Of a stretch of DNA of 64,000 bases, positions 19,158 to 31,060 are shown in pieces; within the stretch, counting starts at the first letter, position 1; the number at the start of each line of letters is the position of its first letter. This stretch comes from an uncultured Rivularia sp. Its GTDB lineage: Bacteria > Cyanobacteriota > Cyanobacteriia > Cyanobacteriales > Nostocaceae. Under the pieces are notes generated by a model, which was given only the letters and a program-made list of their open reading frames with translations, did not search any database and had not been told where the DNA came from. The stretch lies in assembly GCA_963665115.1 (NCBI GenBank), contig OY762007.1, forward strand, positions 192,001 through 256,000, written 5' to 3'. Position numbers and translations under genes: made by a program.

Positions 19158-20876
19158 ATGCAAATAACCAATCAAATCCATTTTAGAAACCTGCGTGGTG
19201 ACATCTTCGGTGGTGTAACTGCGGCAATTATTGCTTTACCGATGGCTTTAGCTTTCGGGGTTGCTTCCGGTGCTGGTCCTGCTGCTGGACTTTACGGTGC
19301 TGTATTAGTGGGGTTTTTTGCAGCATTATTCGGCGGTACTCCCACATTAATTTCCGAACCCACCGGACCGATGACGGTGGTGTTGACTTCGGTAGTTGCT
19401 CAGATGATAGCAGCACAAGATGGAAATAGAGAAGCCGGGTTAGCACTGGCTTTTACGGTAGTAGTAATGGCTGGGATAATTCAAATTATTCTTGGTGCAT
19501 TGAAGTTGGGAAGATACGTTACTTTAATGCCCTATACCGTGGTTTCCGGTTTCATGTCGGGAATTGGTATTATTCTGGTTATTATTCAAACCGCCCCGTT
19601 TTTAGGACAGCAAAGTCCTGGAGGTGGAGTACTTGGGGCAGTACAAAATTTCCCCAATTTAATCGCAAATATTCAACCGATTGAAGCCTTTTTAGGACTA
19701 TTAACAGTCCTTATTCTGGTATTTTCTCCTAAGAAGATAAATAAGATTGTCCCCCCGCAGTTGACAGCTTTAATAATAGGAACGTTAATTTCGGTATTCT
19801 TATTTAATAATGTTGCAAGTCTTGACAGAATTGGAGCATTTCAAGCAGGTATACCATCATTTAGAATGCCTGTATTTAGTGCGCCCTTATTCCGAGTCAT
19901 GCTCGTTGATGCTTTGGTTCTAGGTATGTTGGGTTGTATTGATGCCTTGCTGACATCAGTAGTTGCAGACAGTTTGACTCGCACCGAACATGATTCAAAT
20001 AAAGAATTAATTGGTCAAGGTATAGGTAATATCGTTTCTGGATTGTTTGGCGGTTTGGCTGGTGCTGGTGCGACGATGGGAACGGTGGTTAACATTCAGG
20101 CAGGCGCTCGCACTGCGGTTTCTGGCTTGAGTCGTGCTTTGATTTTGATGGTTGTGGTTTTATGGGCTGCACCTTTAATTTCTCCAATTCCTAAAGCAGT
20201 ATTAGCAGGCATTGCGCTGAAAGTAGGTATAGATATTATCGATTGGAGTTTTCTAAAACGCGCTCACAAGGTATCTCCCAAAGCTGCCTTGATTATGTAT
20301 GGCGTAATTATTCTGACGGTATTTGTTGACTTAATTGTTGCGGTTGGTGTTGGGGTATTTGTTGCTAACATCTTGACTATTGAACGTTTAAGTAATCTTC
20401 GTTCTGAAGATGTGAAGACAGTCACAGATGCTGATGATGCGATTATCTTAAATGATGTAGAAAGAGATTTATTAGATAGAGCAAACAATCGCGTGTTGCT
20501 GTTCCAATTAGAAGGACCGATGATCTTTGGTGTTGCTAAGGCGATCGCCCGCGAACAAACTGCGATGAAAGACCACGACGTATTGATTTTGGACTTGAGT
20601 GAAGTTCCACATATCGGCGTAACAAGTTCTTTAGCGATAGAAAATGCGATCAAAGACGCGATTGATAACGGTCGTTACGTATTTATTGTTGGTGCAGCAG
20701 GTAAGATTAAGCAGAGACTGCAAAAATTAGGAATCTTGAATATATTGCCTCCAAATCACATAGTTGACTCACGTGAGGAAGCATTAAAACAAGCACTAAA
20801 CTTAGTGAACTATCGTAGCAATGATGTTTCCCAATATCCAACCACTGGCTTCAATGAAACTGCATTAGGACAATAA
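19158..20876 (+). CDS. bicA: SulP-family Na+-dependent bicarbonate transporter BicA
   Basis: MQITNQIHFRNLRGDIFGG, ISEPTGPMT, GAGATMGTVVNI, C-terminal STAS domain. Confidence 0.93.
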   Translation: MQITNQIHFRNLRGDIFGGVTAAIIALPMALAFGVASGAGPAAGLYGAVLVGFFAALFGGTPTLISEPTGPMTVVLTSVVAQMIAAQDGNREAGLALAFTVVVMAGIIQIILGALKLGRYVTLMPYTVVSGFMSGIGIILVIIQTAPFLGQQSPGGGVLGAVQNFPNLIANIQPIEAFLGLLTVLILVFSPKKINKIVPPQLTALIIGTLISVFLFNNVASLDRIGAFQAGIPSFRMPVFSAPLFRVMLVDALVLGMLGCIDALLTSVVADSLTRTEHDSNKELIGQGIGNIVSGLFGGLAGAGATMGTVVNIQAGARTAVSGLSRALILMVVVLWAAPLISPIPKAVLAGIALKVGIDIIDWSFLKRAHKVSPKAALIMYGVIILTVFVDLIVAVGVGVFVANILTIERLSNLRSEDVKTVTDADDAIILNDVERDLLDRANNRVLLFQLEGPMIFGVAKAIAREQTAMKDHDVLILDLSEVPHIGVTSSLAIENAIKDAIDNGRYVFIVGAAGKIKQRLQKLGILNILPPNHIVDSREEALKQALNLVNYRSNDVSQYPTTGFNETALGQ

Positions 20877-21212
20877 GTATTTCGGATGGAGGATGTAAGG
20901 ATTTTAGATTATAAAGCAAGCCTTCAGATGGAGACATTGGGGGCAGGAGATAACCTAAAATTCCCTGAGTCTTTCTTTTTTTTTAAACAGAAGACAAATC
21001 AAAATCACGAATCTGAAATTTAAAATCAAGTGATGAAAATTACAGAATTTTACAAGTTAAAGGAGTTATAGAAGTTACAGAATTGTCAAAATTCGCATAA
21101 CTTTAGATAACTCTTTCTAACTGCTAAAAGCTGCTGATAAATCCGATTAAATTCTGATAAACTCACTTTTATTAATCAACCCATTTGCTAGGAGAAAGAA
21201 TAAATACCTCTG

Positions 21213-22586
21213 ATGAATTATCCACTTGAATTCCTAGGGCTAAGCAATCATTTGCTGGCGACTACCGAAGCTGAAGAAGCACCCCTTGTCCTTGCAGGGG
21301 TATTACTGAGTTTAATTGTAATTTATCTTGCAAGTAAACTAGGTGGTGAGTTGTCCAGAAAGCTGGACTTTCCGCCAGTTTTGGGTGAATTAGTTGGTGG
21401 TGTAGTAGTCGGTGCTTCGGCTCTAAATCTCCTAGTTTTCCCCGAAAGCGGTGCGACTGCTTCCGACTCGTTACTGATGACTGTTTTACAGTTTTTTGAT
21501 GATATTAGTCCGGAAGCGGTAACATCAATTTTTGCAAGTCAAAGCGAAGCAATTTCAATTTTGGCAGAATTAGGTGTAATTGTTCTGCTGTTTGAAATTG
21601 GTTTGGAATCCGATTTACGAGAACTGCAAAAAGTCGGTTATCAAGCTGCTGTTGTTGCGGTGGTGGGAGTAGTTGTTCCCTTCGTGGCTGGTACTGCGGG
21701 TTTGATGTTTTTGTTTAACGTCTCTACAATTCCAGCTGTTTTCGCAGGTGCGGCTTTAACTGCAACTAGTATTGGTATCACCTCAAAAGTGTTATCGGAG
21801 TTGGGACATCTCAAATCAGCAGAAGGGCAAATTATTGTTGGCGCGGCGGTAATTGATGATGTCTTGGGTATTATCGTTTTAGCGGTAGTAGCAAGTTTGG
21901 CGAAAACTGGCGAAGTCGATATTTACAATGTAATTTATCTGATTATTAGTGCCAGCGCTTTTCTAATCGGTTCGATTTTACTGGGTAAATTCTTCAATAA
22001 AGCCTTTCATTTGAGTGCCGAATTTTTTCAAACTAGAGGAAACATCGTAATTCCGGCATTCATCTTTGCATTATTCATGTCTTTTGTGGCTAACGCAATT
22101 CATTTAGAAGCAATTTTAGGAGCTTTTGCTGCTGGTTTAGTTTTGGATGAAACTGATACGCGCAATGAATTAGACGAGCAAGTAATTCCCATTGCAGATA
22201 TCTTGGTACCTATTTTCTTTGTTAGCGTCGGAGCCAGAGTTGATTTAAGCGTACTTAATCCTGTAGTTCCCGAAAATCGTCAAGGTTTAGTTCTAGCAGT
22301 CTTTTTGATTGTAGTAGCGATTATCGGTAAAGTAATTACAGGTTGGGCAGTCTTTGGCAAGCCCGGAATTAATCGTTTCGCGATCGGTGTAGGAATGGTT
22401 CCACGGGGTGAAGTTGGACTGGTATTTGCAGGCATTGGTGCAGCTAGCGGCGCACTTGATAAGCCTTTGCAAGCAGCCATCATTATTATGGTGATTTTGA
22501 CAACCTTTTTAGCGCCGCCTTTCTTACGGATTGCTTTTAGTAATACAGCTCAAGATGTTATAGAGGAAGCAGATGCTGCTAGTTAA
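21213..22586 (+). CDS. nhaS3: Na+/H+ antiporter (CPA2, NhaS3-like)
   Basis: LFEIGLESDL, ATSIGIT, GAAVIDDVLG, MVPRGEVG. Confidence 0.88.
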   Translation: MNYPLEFLGLSNHLLATTEAEEAPLVLAGVLLSLIVIYLASKLGGELSRKLDFPPVLGELVGGVVVGASALNLLVFPESGATASDSLLMTVLQFFDDISPEAVTSIFASQSEAISILAELGVIVLLFEIGLESDLRELQKVGYQAAVVAVVGVVVPFVAGTAGLMFLFNVSTIPAVFAGAALTATSIGITSKVLSELGHLKSAEGQIIVGAAVIDDVLGIIVLAVVASLAKTGEVDIYNVIYLIISASAFLIGSILLGKFFNKAFHLSAEFFQTRGNIVIPAFIFALFMSFVANAIHLEAILGAFAAGLVLDETDTRNELDEQVIPIADILVPIFFVSVGARVDLSVLNPVVPENRQGLVLAVFLIVVAIIGKVITGWAVFGKPGINRFAIGVGMVPRGEVGLVFAGIGAASGALDKPLQAAIIIMVILTTFLAPPFLRIAFSNTAQDVIEEADAAS

Positions 22587-22621
22587 AGATTCCATACATT
22601 TTTAATTTTGTGCAGATAATC

Positions 22622-22648
22622 AAGTCACCATTTATGGTGGCTTTTTTT
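22622..22648 (+). terminator. intrinsic terminator after nhaS3
   Basis: AAGTCACCA-TTTA-TGGTGGCTT hairpin followed by T run. Confidence 0.6.
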
Positions 22649-22873
22649 ATAGGTAATAGGTAATGGGTAATAGGATTGCTTGCCTACACAATGTTCCTTA
22701 GTCTACGAGAGACACTATTTTTAATGCCAATTTTTTTTGTTAATTTTCTTGTTAAACTTATTGTTGTATAAGAATTCGGGATACCCTACAAAAAATACTC
22801 TTTATTTATATAAACTTTTCCCAATTACTAATTATTAATTACCTATTACCAATTACCTACAAACCATATACTT

Positions 22874-24968
22874 ATGGAACAAATGTTACAAGAGCTTTCA
22901 AAAAGTCCTATTGCCGCATTTACGATTCTTTTATTAGTAATTCTAGTAGTACCCCCAATCTTTGAACGTTTACGACTTCCGGGTTTGGTTGGATTATTAG
23001 CAGCAGGAGTAGTTTTAGGGCCCCGATGGTTTGGGAATCTTGAATGCAGAAACCGAAACGATGAAATTGCTGTCGGACATTGGTAAAATTTATTTGATGT
23101 TCGTTGCTGGTTTAGAAATAGATTTAGAAGACTTTCGTAAAAATAAAGATCGTTCTTTAGGCTTTGGAGTTGCAACTTTTCTAATCCCCCTAATTTTCGG
23201 TGCGATGGTGGGAAGATTTTTCGGTTTTGGCTGGAATGCTTCAATTTTAATTGGTTCTTTGCTCGCTTCTCATACTCTTCTGGGTTTTCCTATAGTTACC
23301 CGTTTGGGAGTCACTAGCAATCAAGCCGTTACCGTAACTATCGGGGCAACAATTTTTACCGATATTGCTGCATTATTGGTGTTAGCGATTTGTGTTTCAA
23401 TTAGTGCTGGAGAATTTTCTGCTGTTAGTTTAACCATCCAATTAACTACTTTAGCGATTTATTCGGCAATAGTTTTATTCGGTTTTGATTGGGCTGGAAA
23501 AGAATATTTTCGTCGCACTGGAGACGAGCAAAGCAATCAATTTTTGTTTGTTTTGTTAGCAGTATTTTTAGCTTCTGTAGGAGCGGAGATAATTAATGTA
23601 GATAAAATTGTCGGAGCATTTTTAGCAGGTTTAGCGGTAAACGATGCTGTGGGACATTCTCCGGTAGAAGAAAAAGTAGAATTCGTTGGAAGTACCTTAT
23701 TTATTCCTTTCTTCTTTGTGGGAATGGGGTTGTTGATAGATTTTGCTGGTTTTGTTTCCAGTCTTACTACTCAACTACCTTTAACAATAGCAATTGTTGG
23801 AGCCTTAATTATTAGTAAATTTTTAGCTGCATTTATAGCGAAATTACTTTATGGCTACAACTGGAATGAAGCTTTAACAATGTGGTCTTTATCATTACCT
23901 CAAGTCGCTGCAACTTTAGCCGCTGCACTAGTAGGAAAAACTGCTGGAATAATTACAGATGCCGTATTTAATACAGTAATCGTTTTGATGTTAGTTACGG
24001 CTATCTTAGGACCAATATTAACCGCAAAATTTGGAAGTAAATTAACAGTACCTAAAGCAAGTTTAGAAAAAAGCTCTCAAAAGCAAAAAGTAGAAACAGA
24101 AGATGTAGAAATTAGTTTAGATACTGATAACTTAGTTTACAATAGTCTTTTTAAGGTTGTAGTACCTGTTTATAATCCTCATACCGAAAGATATTTAATT
24201 GAAATGGGAGCATTATTAGCTCATCATGAAAAAGGGATAGTGGTGCCTTTATCGATTCCGAAAGCACACGTTCAGATGGATGAACCGCGATTAAAGGTTT
24301 CTATTAAAAGAAGTAAGAAATTACTACAGCAAGCTTTAAAAATTAGTCAAGAATTCCAAGCCCAAGCTAAGCCAGTAATTCGTATTGATGATGATATTTC
24401 ACGGGGAATTAGTCGCGCAGCTAGAGAACAAAATGCCGATTTAATTATCATGGGGTGGAGTCAAACCGGAAGATTAAAAGCGCGTTTGTTTGGTAATATT
24501 ATCGATAATGTTTTTTGGGCTGCTCATTGTCCGGTAGCTGTGATGCGATTGCTAGATGAACCAATAAACATTCATAGTATTCTCGTTCCCGTGGGAAACA
24601 TTACACCTGAAATATTGCGTGCAATCCAATTTGCTCAACTTTTCGCCGATACAAACGAAGCATCAGTGACATTATTACACATCCGTCCGCGCAAAACTTC
24701 TGACAACGCGATCGCCGTGTTTGAATCGGAACTTTCCTCATATTTAGCTCAAAGCAAATCTCGTAAAGAAGTAGTAATACAAACCATTCGTCACGATGAC
24801 GTAGCTAAAGTAATTATCAAAGAATCTAATTCTTACGACATGGTAATATTGCGCTCAGTTCACCGTCGTACAGCAGGGGGATTAGCAGTTAGCGACGTAA
24901 CTAATAAATTGCTTTCATCTATTAACAATTGTTCGATGGTTTTATTTGGGGAACCGCATTCAGGTTAG
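22874..24968 (+). CDS. cation:proton antiporter with C-terminal USP-like domains; +1 frameshift near 23020
   Basis: ORFs 22874-23086 and 23031-24968 join (LGPDGLGILNAE) if one base in GGGCCCC is removed; MFVAGLEIDL, ATIFTDI, PQVAATLAA. Confidence 0.85.
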
Positions 24969-25096
24969 GAGTTAGGCAACGGATGGAGTTAGGAGTTAGG
25001 AGTTAGGAGTTAAGAGTTAAAAAATAAGTGTTTCAACTATAAGTTGAATGATTTTTTAGAGTATGTAAATGAGAAAGAAGTATATAGGACATAATA

Positions 25097-25336
25097 ATGA
25101 AAACTGAACGTGAAAGAAATGAAATTATTGATGCTATTAATGTACTTTTAAACCAAGCTTATGATAGTACGCTGGATGAGATTTACTTATTGCTTCAAAA
25201 AATAGAAGATGAAGAGGATAAAAACGATTTAATAGCCTATCATGCTGCGAAAGATGATGCAGAAAATAATATTACTATTGCATGGGAAGACATTAAAAAA
25301 GAAATTGCTAATGAGAGAAAAAAGGACGTAGCGTGA
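25097..25336 (+). CDS. putative type II antitoxin
   Basis: Small acidic ORF overlapping the toxin start (GTGA); EDEEDKNDL...IAWEDIKKE. Confidence 0.7.
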   Translation: MKTERERNEIIDAINVLLNQAYDSTLDEIYLLLQKIEDEEDKNDLIAYHAAKDDAENNITIAWEDIKKEIANERKKDVA

Positions 25337-25599
25337 CTTACGAAGTTAAGTTTACTAAGGGTGCTAAAAAAATGTTTAAAAAACTATCTCAAGAATTACA
25401 AGACCGAATACAACTCAAAATAGATGATTTAGCAACAGAACCACGTCCAAACAAAGTTAAAAAGTTACAAGGTGAAGAAAATACATATCGAATTAGAATA
25501 GGCGATTACCGCGTTATTTATGACATTTTCGATGATATTTTATTAGTAAAAATTATAGATGTAGGACATCGTAGCAAAGTTTATAAAGATGAAAGTTAA
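25333..25599 (+). CDS. relE: RelE/ParE family type II toxin
   Basis: YEVKFTKGA, KKLQG, YRIRIGDYRVIY, VGHRSKVY. Confidence 0.88.
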   Translation: MTYEVKFTKGAKKMFKKLSQELQDRIQLKIDDLATEPRPNKVKKLQGEENTYRIRIGDYRVIYDIFDDILLVKIIDVGHRSKVYKDES

Positions 25600-25817
25600 A
25601 TGATGAAAAAAATAAGCGCGATCGCCGCATTTGTGAGGTGGGGTGAAAAAGGCGATCGCGTTTTGGGTGAATTGATTAAAACTAGAGAGTTACTACTAAA
25701 GAATGATTGAATTTTTATTTCATAATCTTTACGGCTAATCAAGGTTCGTAGTTGCGCTGAAGCGCTCTCCGATTAATTATTTTAGGAGGGGCTAAAGCCC
25801 AACTACAAACCCCTCTA

Positions 25818-27308
25818 TCACCCCAATCTTTCAATCAAATGCTCACCTACCCGCAAAGCATTAGCAATCACAGTCAAAGCGGGGCTGGTTGCAGAGATGG
25901 AGGGGAAGAAACTACTATCAACGACGTAGAGATTATCTATATCGTGAGTTTGACAGTTGAGGTTGAGAACTGAAGTTCTGGTATCTTCGCCAAAGCGACA
26001 AGTTCCCGCTTGATGTGCCACTACTTCTATGGGTGTTTCAGCACGGGGATAAATTTTTTGGTTGTTTCCGTCTATGGATTTAAGTACGTCAATCCAACGA
26101 TAAACTAAACGGTCGTGTGCTTCAAGGTTATTAGCAGTGTAATCTAAATATAATTTGGCACCTTTAACACTAACCCGGTTTTTAGGTGATGGTAAATCTT
26201 CAGTTTGCAACCACCAACCGATAGAACGTTTTGCTAACTGTTTTAAACCAAATTCTGGCATTAATTTGGCTGCTACTGATAAAAGCGGTGGTGACTCGGA
26301 AAAAATCACATCTTGAAGAATACCACCAGAATTTTGAATATGCCCCATTGGGTAAGAAAAATTTTCATCACCCCAATAAAAATCATTAATATAGCGAGTT
26401 CTTTGAAATAATCCGGAGTTTGGGGTATTAGTAATTTGTACTAATACCGTCATCAACTGTTTCATTAAATTACGTCCCACCAAATCGGAACTATTAGCAA
26501 GTCCTTTGGGATGTTTTTCGTTAGCGGAACGTAAAAGTAATGCTGCTGAATTTATTGCACCGCAGGAAACTACAATAATATTAGCTGATAATAAAAAACA
26601 TTGTTCGCCAATTTTTACTTCTACAGCTTTAACTTCTTTCCCTGAAGCATTTGTCAGCAAACGTAAGACTTTTGCTCTTTTCTTCAGCTTGACATTCTCG
26701 TAAAGTTTGAGTGCAGGAGAAATTCCAGTATCTTCCGAATCAGTTCTTCCTATATTTCCAACTCCGATGGGGAGGTATGCTGGGTGCAATCCTTGTTTGG
26801 AGATATCAATACAAATACTTTCTATTTGAGGTTCGTTCTTCACTGCATGGTGTGGAAAAGCTTTGCTACGAGGTGGTTCTGTCAAGTCATCACTCGTTTT
26901 ACCGTGAACTTGATAGAGTTTTTCCGCTTCCGTATAGTAAGGTTCAAAATCCTTATATTTAACATCCCATTCCGGAGAAAAACCATCTTGATGCTGAACT
27001 TTTTCAAAATCCTTTTCTCGCATTCGTTGCAGTACACCACTATAAATTTTGGTATTACCACCTACCGAATAACTAGTTTGAGGATAAAAAGAATCGCCGT
27101 CTTCCTCATACCACTGTTCTGGTGCATGAAAGCTTTCCTTTTTAAACACTTCCACATCAACTAATTCCGAACTTTCTTTTTCTAAAAAATCTCCTTGTTC
27201 CAAAACAAGAATTTTCTTACCCGTAGGTGCTAATTTACGCGCTAAAGTCCCTCCACCAGCACCTGTACCGATAATAATTACATCGTAATGTTGGTCGTCA
27301 ATAATCAT
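25818..27308 (-). CDS. GMC-family FAD oxidoreductase
   Basis: IIGTGAGGG, VGGNTKIY, GLANSSDLVGRNLM, HQAGTCRFG, NLYVVDSSFFPS. Confidence 0.88.
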   Translation of the reverse strand: MIIDDQHYDVIIIGTGAGGGTLARKLAPTGKKILVLEQGDFLEKESSELVDVEVFKKESFHAPEQWYEEDGDSFYPQTSYSVGGNTKIYSGVLQRMREKDFEKVQHQDGFSPEWDVKYKDFEPYYTEAEKLYQVHGKTSDDLTEPPRSKAFPHHAVKNEPQIESICIDISKQGLHPAYLPIGVGNIGRTDSEDTGISPALKLYENVKLKKRAKVLRLLTNASGKEVKAVEVKIGEQCFLLSANIIVVSCGAINSAALLLRSANEKHPKGLANSSDLVGRNLMKQLMTVLVQITNTPNSGLFQRTRYINDFYWGDENFSYPMGHIQNSGGILQDVIFSESPPLLSVAAKLMPEFGLKQLAKRSIGWWLQTEDLPSPKNRVSVKGAKLYLDYTANNLEAHDRLVYRWIDVLKSIDGNNQKIYPRAETPIEVVAHQAGTCRFGEDTRTSVLNLNCQTHDIDNLYVVDSSFFPSISATSPALTVIANALRVGEHLIERLG

Positions 27309-27399
27309 TTTTATTTGTTATTTGATAGTTGATAGTTGATAGTTAACTGGTAATTGGTAATTGGTAATTGGTAACTGTTCACTGTTCACTGTTCACTGA

Positions 27400-28044
27400 T
27401 TACTGCCACAGATAAAGAAGTACAAATAAAACAATCCAAATTACGTCAACGAAGTGCCAAAATAATGATGTTGCATCTACGCCATAATGACCGTTTTCGT
27501 AGTTTCCTGGAATGAAAGAACGGACTAACATATTAAGCTGCAATAAAACACCTGTTAAAACGTGCAATCCGTGGAAACCTGTTAATAAGTAAAACATTCC
27601 ACCGAATACACCAGATGTAAAGCTAAATTCAAGAGCGCTCCATTCAACTGCTTGTCCGTAGAGAAAGTAGCTTCCCATAGCCATTGTTAATAACCAAAAT
27701 AGGCGAAATAGCCAAATCCTATGGCTTTTTAATGCCTTTTCTGCAAAGTAAATAACGAAGCTACTAGAAACCAGAATTATTGTATTAATGAATGGCTCTC
27801 TAACTTCTAATCCTTCAACTCCCGGTGGTAGCCAATCAACGGTTGTTGTTTTGTAAACTATATAGCCTGCGAAAAAACTTAAGAAAATTACGCTTTCCGA
27901 TAACAGAAAAGTGATGAAGCCAAACATACTGTTGCCTTCTTCATCATGTTCGTGAGCAGCTACATTCCCATGATTAATTAACTCTAATTCATCGAATGTA
28001 TTCTCATGTTCTAACTGTATTGTTTTGCCGTCTGTAGTACTCAT
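27400..28044 (-). CDS. ctaE: heme-copper oxidase subunit III
   Basis: FLLSESVIF, LTGFHGLHV, FWHFVDVIW. Confidence 0.92.
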   Translation of the reverse strand: MSTTDGKTIQLEHENTFDELELINHGNVAAHEHDEEGNSMFGFITFLLSESVIFLSFFAGYIVYKTTTVDWLPPGVEGLEVREPFINTIILVSSSFVIYFAEKALKSHRIWLFRLFWLLTMAMGSYFLYGQAVEWSALEFSFTSGVFGGMFYLLTGFHGLHVLTGVLLQLNMLVRSFIPGNYENGHYGVDATSLFWHFVDVIWIVLFVLLYLWQ

Positions 28045-28186
28045 AATAATAAGGTTAGTTGTTAGTGGTTAGTTGTTAGTGGTTAGGAGTTAGGAGTTAG
28101 GAGTTAGGGGTTAGGAATTAGGAGTTAGGAATTAGGAATTATTTCTACCCCCTCTTCCCCCTCTTCCCTCTCTTCCCCCTCTCTAA

Positions 28187-29899
28187 TTAGTTAAGCTCAG
28201 ATGCATTCGCAACTAAATCTTCTGGTTTCGATTTACCGTAGCCGTATGGTGCTTCTAGTACAATCGGAAGCTGTTTTTCAAAGTTTTCTACGGGTGGTGG
28301 TGAAGATACTAACCATTCCAAACCAATTGCATTCCAAGGATTATCTGATGCTTTTTTACCGTCAATCCAAGAACTAATAATGTTGAGTAAAAACGGTAAT
28401 GTAGACATTCCTAAAATAAAAGCGCCAATACTAGCAACTACATTCCAACCTAAGTATTGTGGATCGTAGGAAGCAACTCGACGGGGCATTCCTTGCAATC
28501 CTAATGGATGCATGGGAAAGAAGTTGAGGTTTGCGCCGATGAAGGTTAACCAGAAGTGCAGTTTACCCAAACCTTCGTAATACATCTTTCCTGTCATCTT
28601 GGGGAACCAGTGATAGATGGCTGCATAGATACCCATCACTACTGCACCGTAAATTACATAGTGGAAGTGCCCGACAACGAAGTAAGTATTATTGACGTGA
28701 ATGTCGATGGGAACTGAGGAAAGCATGATACCAGTGATGCCTGCAAATACAAACATTACTAATCCACCTAATGCAAACAACATTGGTGTATTTAAACGTA
28801 ATTTACCTCCCCAGACTGTTGCTACCCAGGCAAATACTTTAATTCCTGTGGGTACGGAAATTAACATTGTGGAGAACATGAATAGCATCCGCATCCAGCC
28901 GGGGGTACCGCTAGCAAACATATGGTGAACCCAAACCACGGCACTCAATGCAGTGATAATTAAGGATGAAACGGCAACGACTTTGTAACCAAATAAAGGT
29001 TTGCGAGCGTAAACGGGAAAAATTTCCGAAAAAATACCAAATATAGGTAGTATAATTACGTATACCGCAGGGTGAGAATAAAACCAGAAAAAGTGCTGGT
29101 ATAGTACCGGGTTGCCGCCTTGTACGGGGTCGAAGAAAGCAGTACCCACGGTTAAGTCAAACAGCAGCATTACAGCACCCGCAGTTAGTGCAGGCAATCC
29201 AAACAATTGGATCATCTGAGCGCTTAATACCGTCCATACATAAGCAGGCATTTTGAAAAAGCCCATTCCTGGCGCTCTCATTTTGAAAATTGTGGTAACA
29301 ATATTTACCGCACCCAAAATAGAGGAAACGCCGGATACTGCTACAGCCAACAACCATAGAAATTGTCCGTTAACCAAGTTACCCGTAGGGTTTTGGGTAC
29401 TTACAGGGGGATAAGACCACCAGCCTGCTTGTGCGGAACCACCGGGAACGAAAAAGCTGGACATAAGGATAATTCCGAATACCGGAACCATCCAGAAGGC
29501 TAGAGCATTTAGGCGAGGAAACGCCATATCTTTAGCGCCAATCTGTAAAGGTACTAGGTAGTTCGCTAAACCTGCCAATATGGGGAAAGTCCACATAAAT
29601 AGCATTAACGTTCCGTGCATCGTAAACATCGAATTGTAAACGGTGCGATCGACTAGATCGGATTCAGGGGTCATTAATTCACCCCTAATTACCATTGCTA
29701 ATACTCCACCAATTAGGAAAAATATGAAGGCCGTAACTATGTATTGGATACCAATTACTTTGTGATCGGTACTAAAAGTAAAATAGGTTTTCCAAGTTGT
29801 TGGTGGATGATGGTGATGTTCTGGTTGATGTTGAGATTGAGGTTGATGTTGATGTTGCTTTTGTACAACATCAGTGTTTTTAGATTGAGTGTTAGTCAT
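28187..29899 (-). CDS. ctaD: heme-copper oxidase subunit I
   Basis: TDHKVIG, TMHGT, WFYSHPAVY, VWVHHMF, VGHFHYV. Confidence 0.95.
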   Translation of the reverse strand: MTNTQSKNTDVVQKQHQHQPQSQHQPEHHHHPPTTWKTYFTFSTDHKVIGIQYIVTAFIFFLIGGVLAMVIRGELMTPESDLVDRTVYNSMFTMHGTLMLFMWTFPILAGLANYLVPLQIGAKDMAFPRLNALAFWMVPVFGIILMSSFFVPGGSAQAGWWSYPPVSTQNPTGNLVNGQFLWLLAVAVSGVSSILGAVNIVTTIFKMRAPGMGFFKMPAYVWTVLSAQMIQLFGLPALTAGAVMLLFDLTVGTAFFDPVQGGNPVLYQHFFWFYSHPAVYVIILPIFGIFSEIFPVYARKPLFGYKVVAVSSLIITALSAVVWVHHMFASGTPGWMRMLFMFSTMLISVPTGIKVFAWVATVWGGKLRLNTPMLFALGGLVMFVFAGITGIMLSSVPIDIHVNNTYFVVGHFHYVIYGAVVMGIYAAIYHWFPKMTGKMYYEGLGKLHFWLTFIGANLNFFPMHPLGLQGMPRRVASYDPQYLGWNVVASIGAFILGMSTLPFLLNIISSWIDGKKASDNPWNAIGLEWLVSSPPPVENFEKQLPIVLEAPYGYGKSKPEDLVANASELN

Positions 29900-30064
29900 T
29901 TCAATTTTAGATTTTGGATTTTGGATTATCCGTAAATAGTGAGTAATAACAAAACTATTGTGGGCATCCCTGCCCGTCTGAATGTACTGTAGTCAAATAA
30001 AATATGCTCAAACAATGAACAATTAATATGACTGATAATTGATAATTGGTAACTGATAACTGAT

Positions 30065-30974
30065 TTAACTGTGATAATTCACTACGGGAGGCTCTGCTGG
30101 CTTAACTGTTGCCCAATTTGTATCAATTGCCTGGTCTGATTTTCTAGTGTATTCAGACATCGCTTGATTGTATGCAGGGGAAGGTTTGCGGCTTTGAGCT
30201 TCTTTTAACCACTCACGATATTTTTCAGGGGATTCAACAATCACGTCAGCCTGCATTGCTGCGAAATAAGTACCGCTATATTGAGAATCTCTGAGTCTAT
30301 ATTTACCTTCCAGGATAGGGGTAAATTCAAAGTTGATTGTTTCGTTAGGAATAACGTCTTGCTTTACCCGAAATGCAGGAATATAAAAACCATGAATCAC
30401 ATCTTCTGATTTCAGGGTTAGATAAGCTCTTTGGTTTACAGGTAAATGTAATTGTGTACTGCTAATATTTTGCTCGGGATAATTAAAAATCCAGGCCCAC
30501 TGCTTCGATATTACCTCGATTTTTTTAGAATCTTGGGGTATTTTCGATGTTTGTGAAATTGTTTCTGCATTAGCTGATTTCATCCCCATCGACATATGCT
30601 GATGTTCCATCGGGCCCAAGAATCGACATCTGGTTGTAAATTTGGTAGCTATAAGCTCCAATCCAAATCGCTAACACAAATGGAATTGCAGTCCAGACTA
30701 CTTCCAGAGTAATATTACCCTCTACATGAGGACCATCACTAGCATCATATTTACTCGCACGATAGAAGATAATTGAATATATCAGCGCTCCCGTGACTCC
30801 TAGAAAAATAAATGCTCCTAAAGTCACCAAAAAGCTGAATAAGTCATCAAATAATAGAGATTCAGCCGCAGCCTGTGGAGGAAGCCAAGAATAAGAAAGT
30901 CTTCCTATCCCTAGACTAACAATAGCTAGGATAATTGTGCTGATAGTTAATAATATAATCTCGCGTCTTTTCAT
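30065..30974 (-). CDS. ctaC: heme-copper oxidase subunit II, ARTO-type (CuA cysteines absent); +1 frameshift near 30613
   Basis: EGNITLEVVWTAIP in one frame; QWAWIFNYP, DVIHGFYIP, RDSQYSGTYFAAM in the other; joined by removing one base in GGGCCC. Confidence 0.88.
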
Positions 30975-31060
30975 TACTAATAATAGTTAGTTGATAGTGG
31001 TTAGTTGATAGTTGTTAATTAACAATGCCCAATGTCCCATGCCCAATCCCCAATCCCCAT

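Noticed and set aside
22846..23244. Antisense and alternative-frame short ORFs overlapping confident genes (here and throughout)
   Set aside because: Shadow ORFs without motifs, or products of the frameshift artefacts
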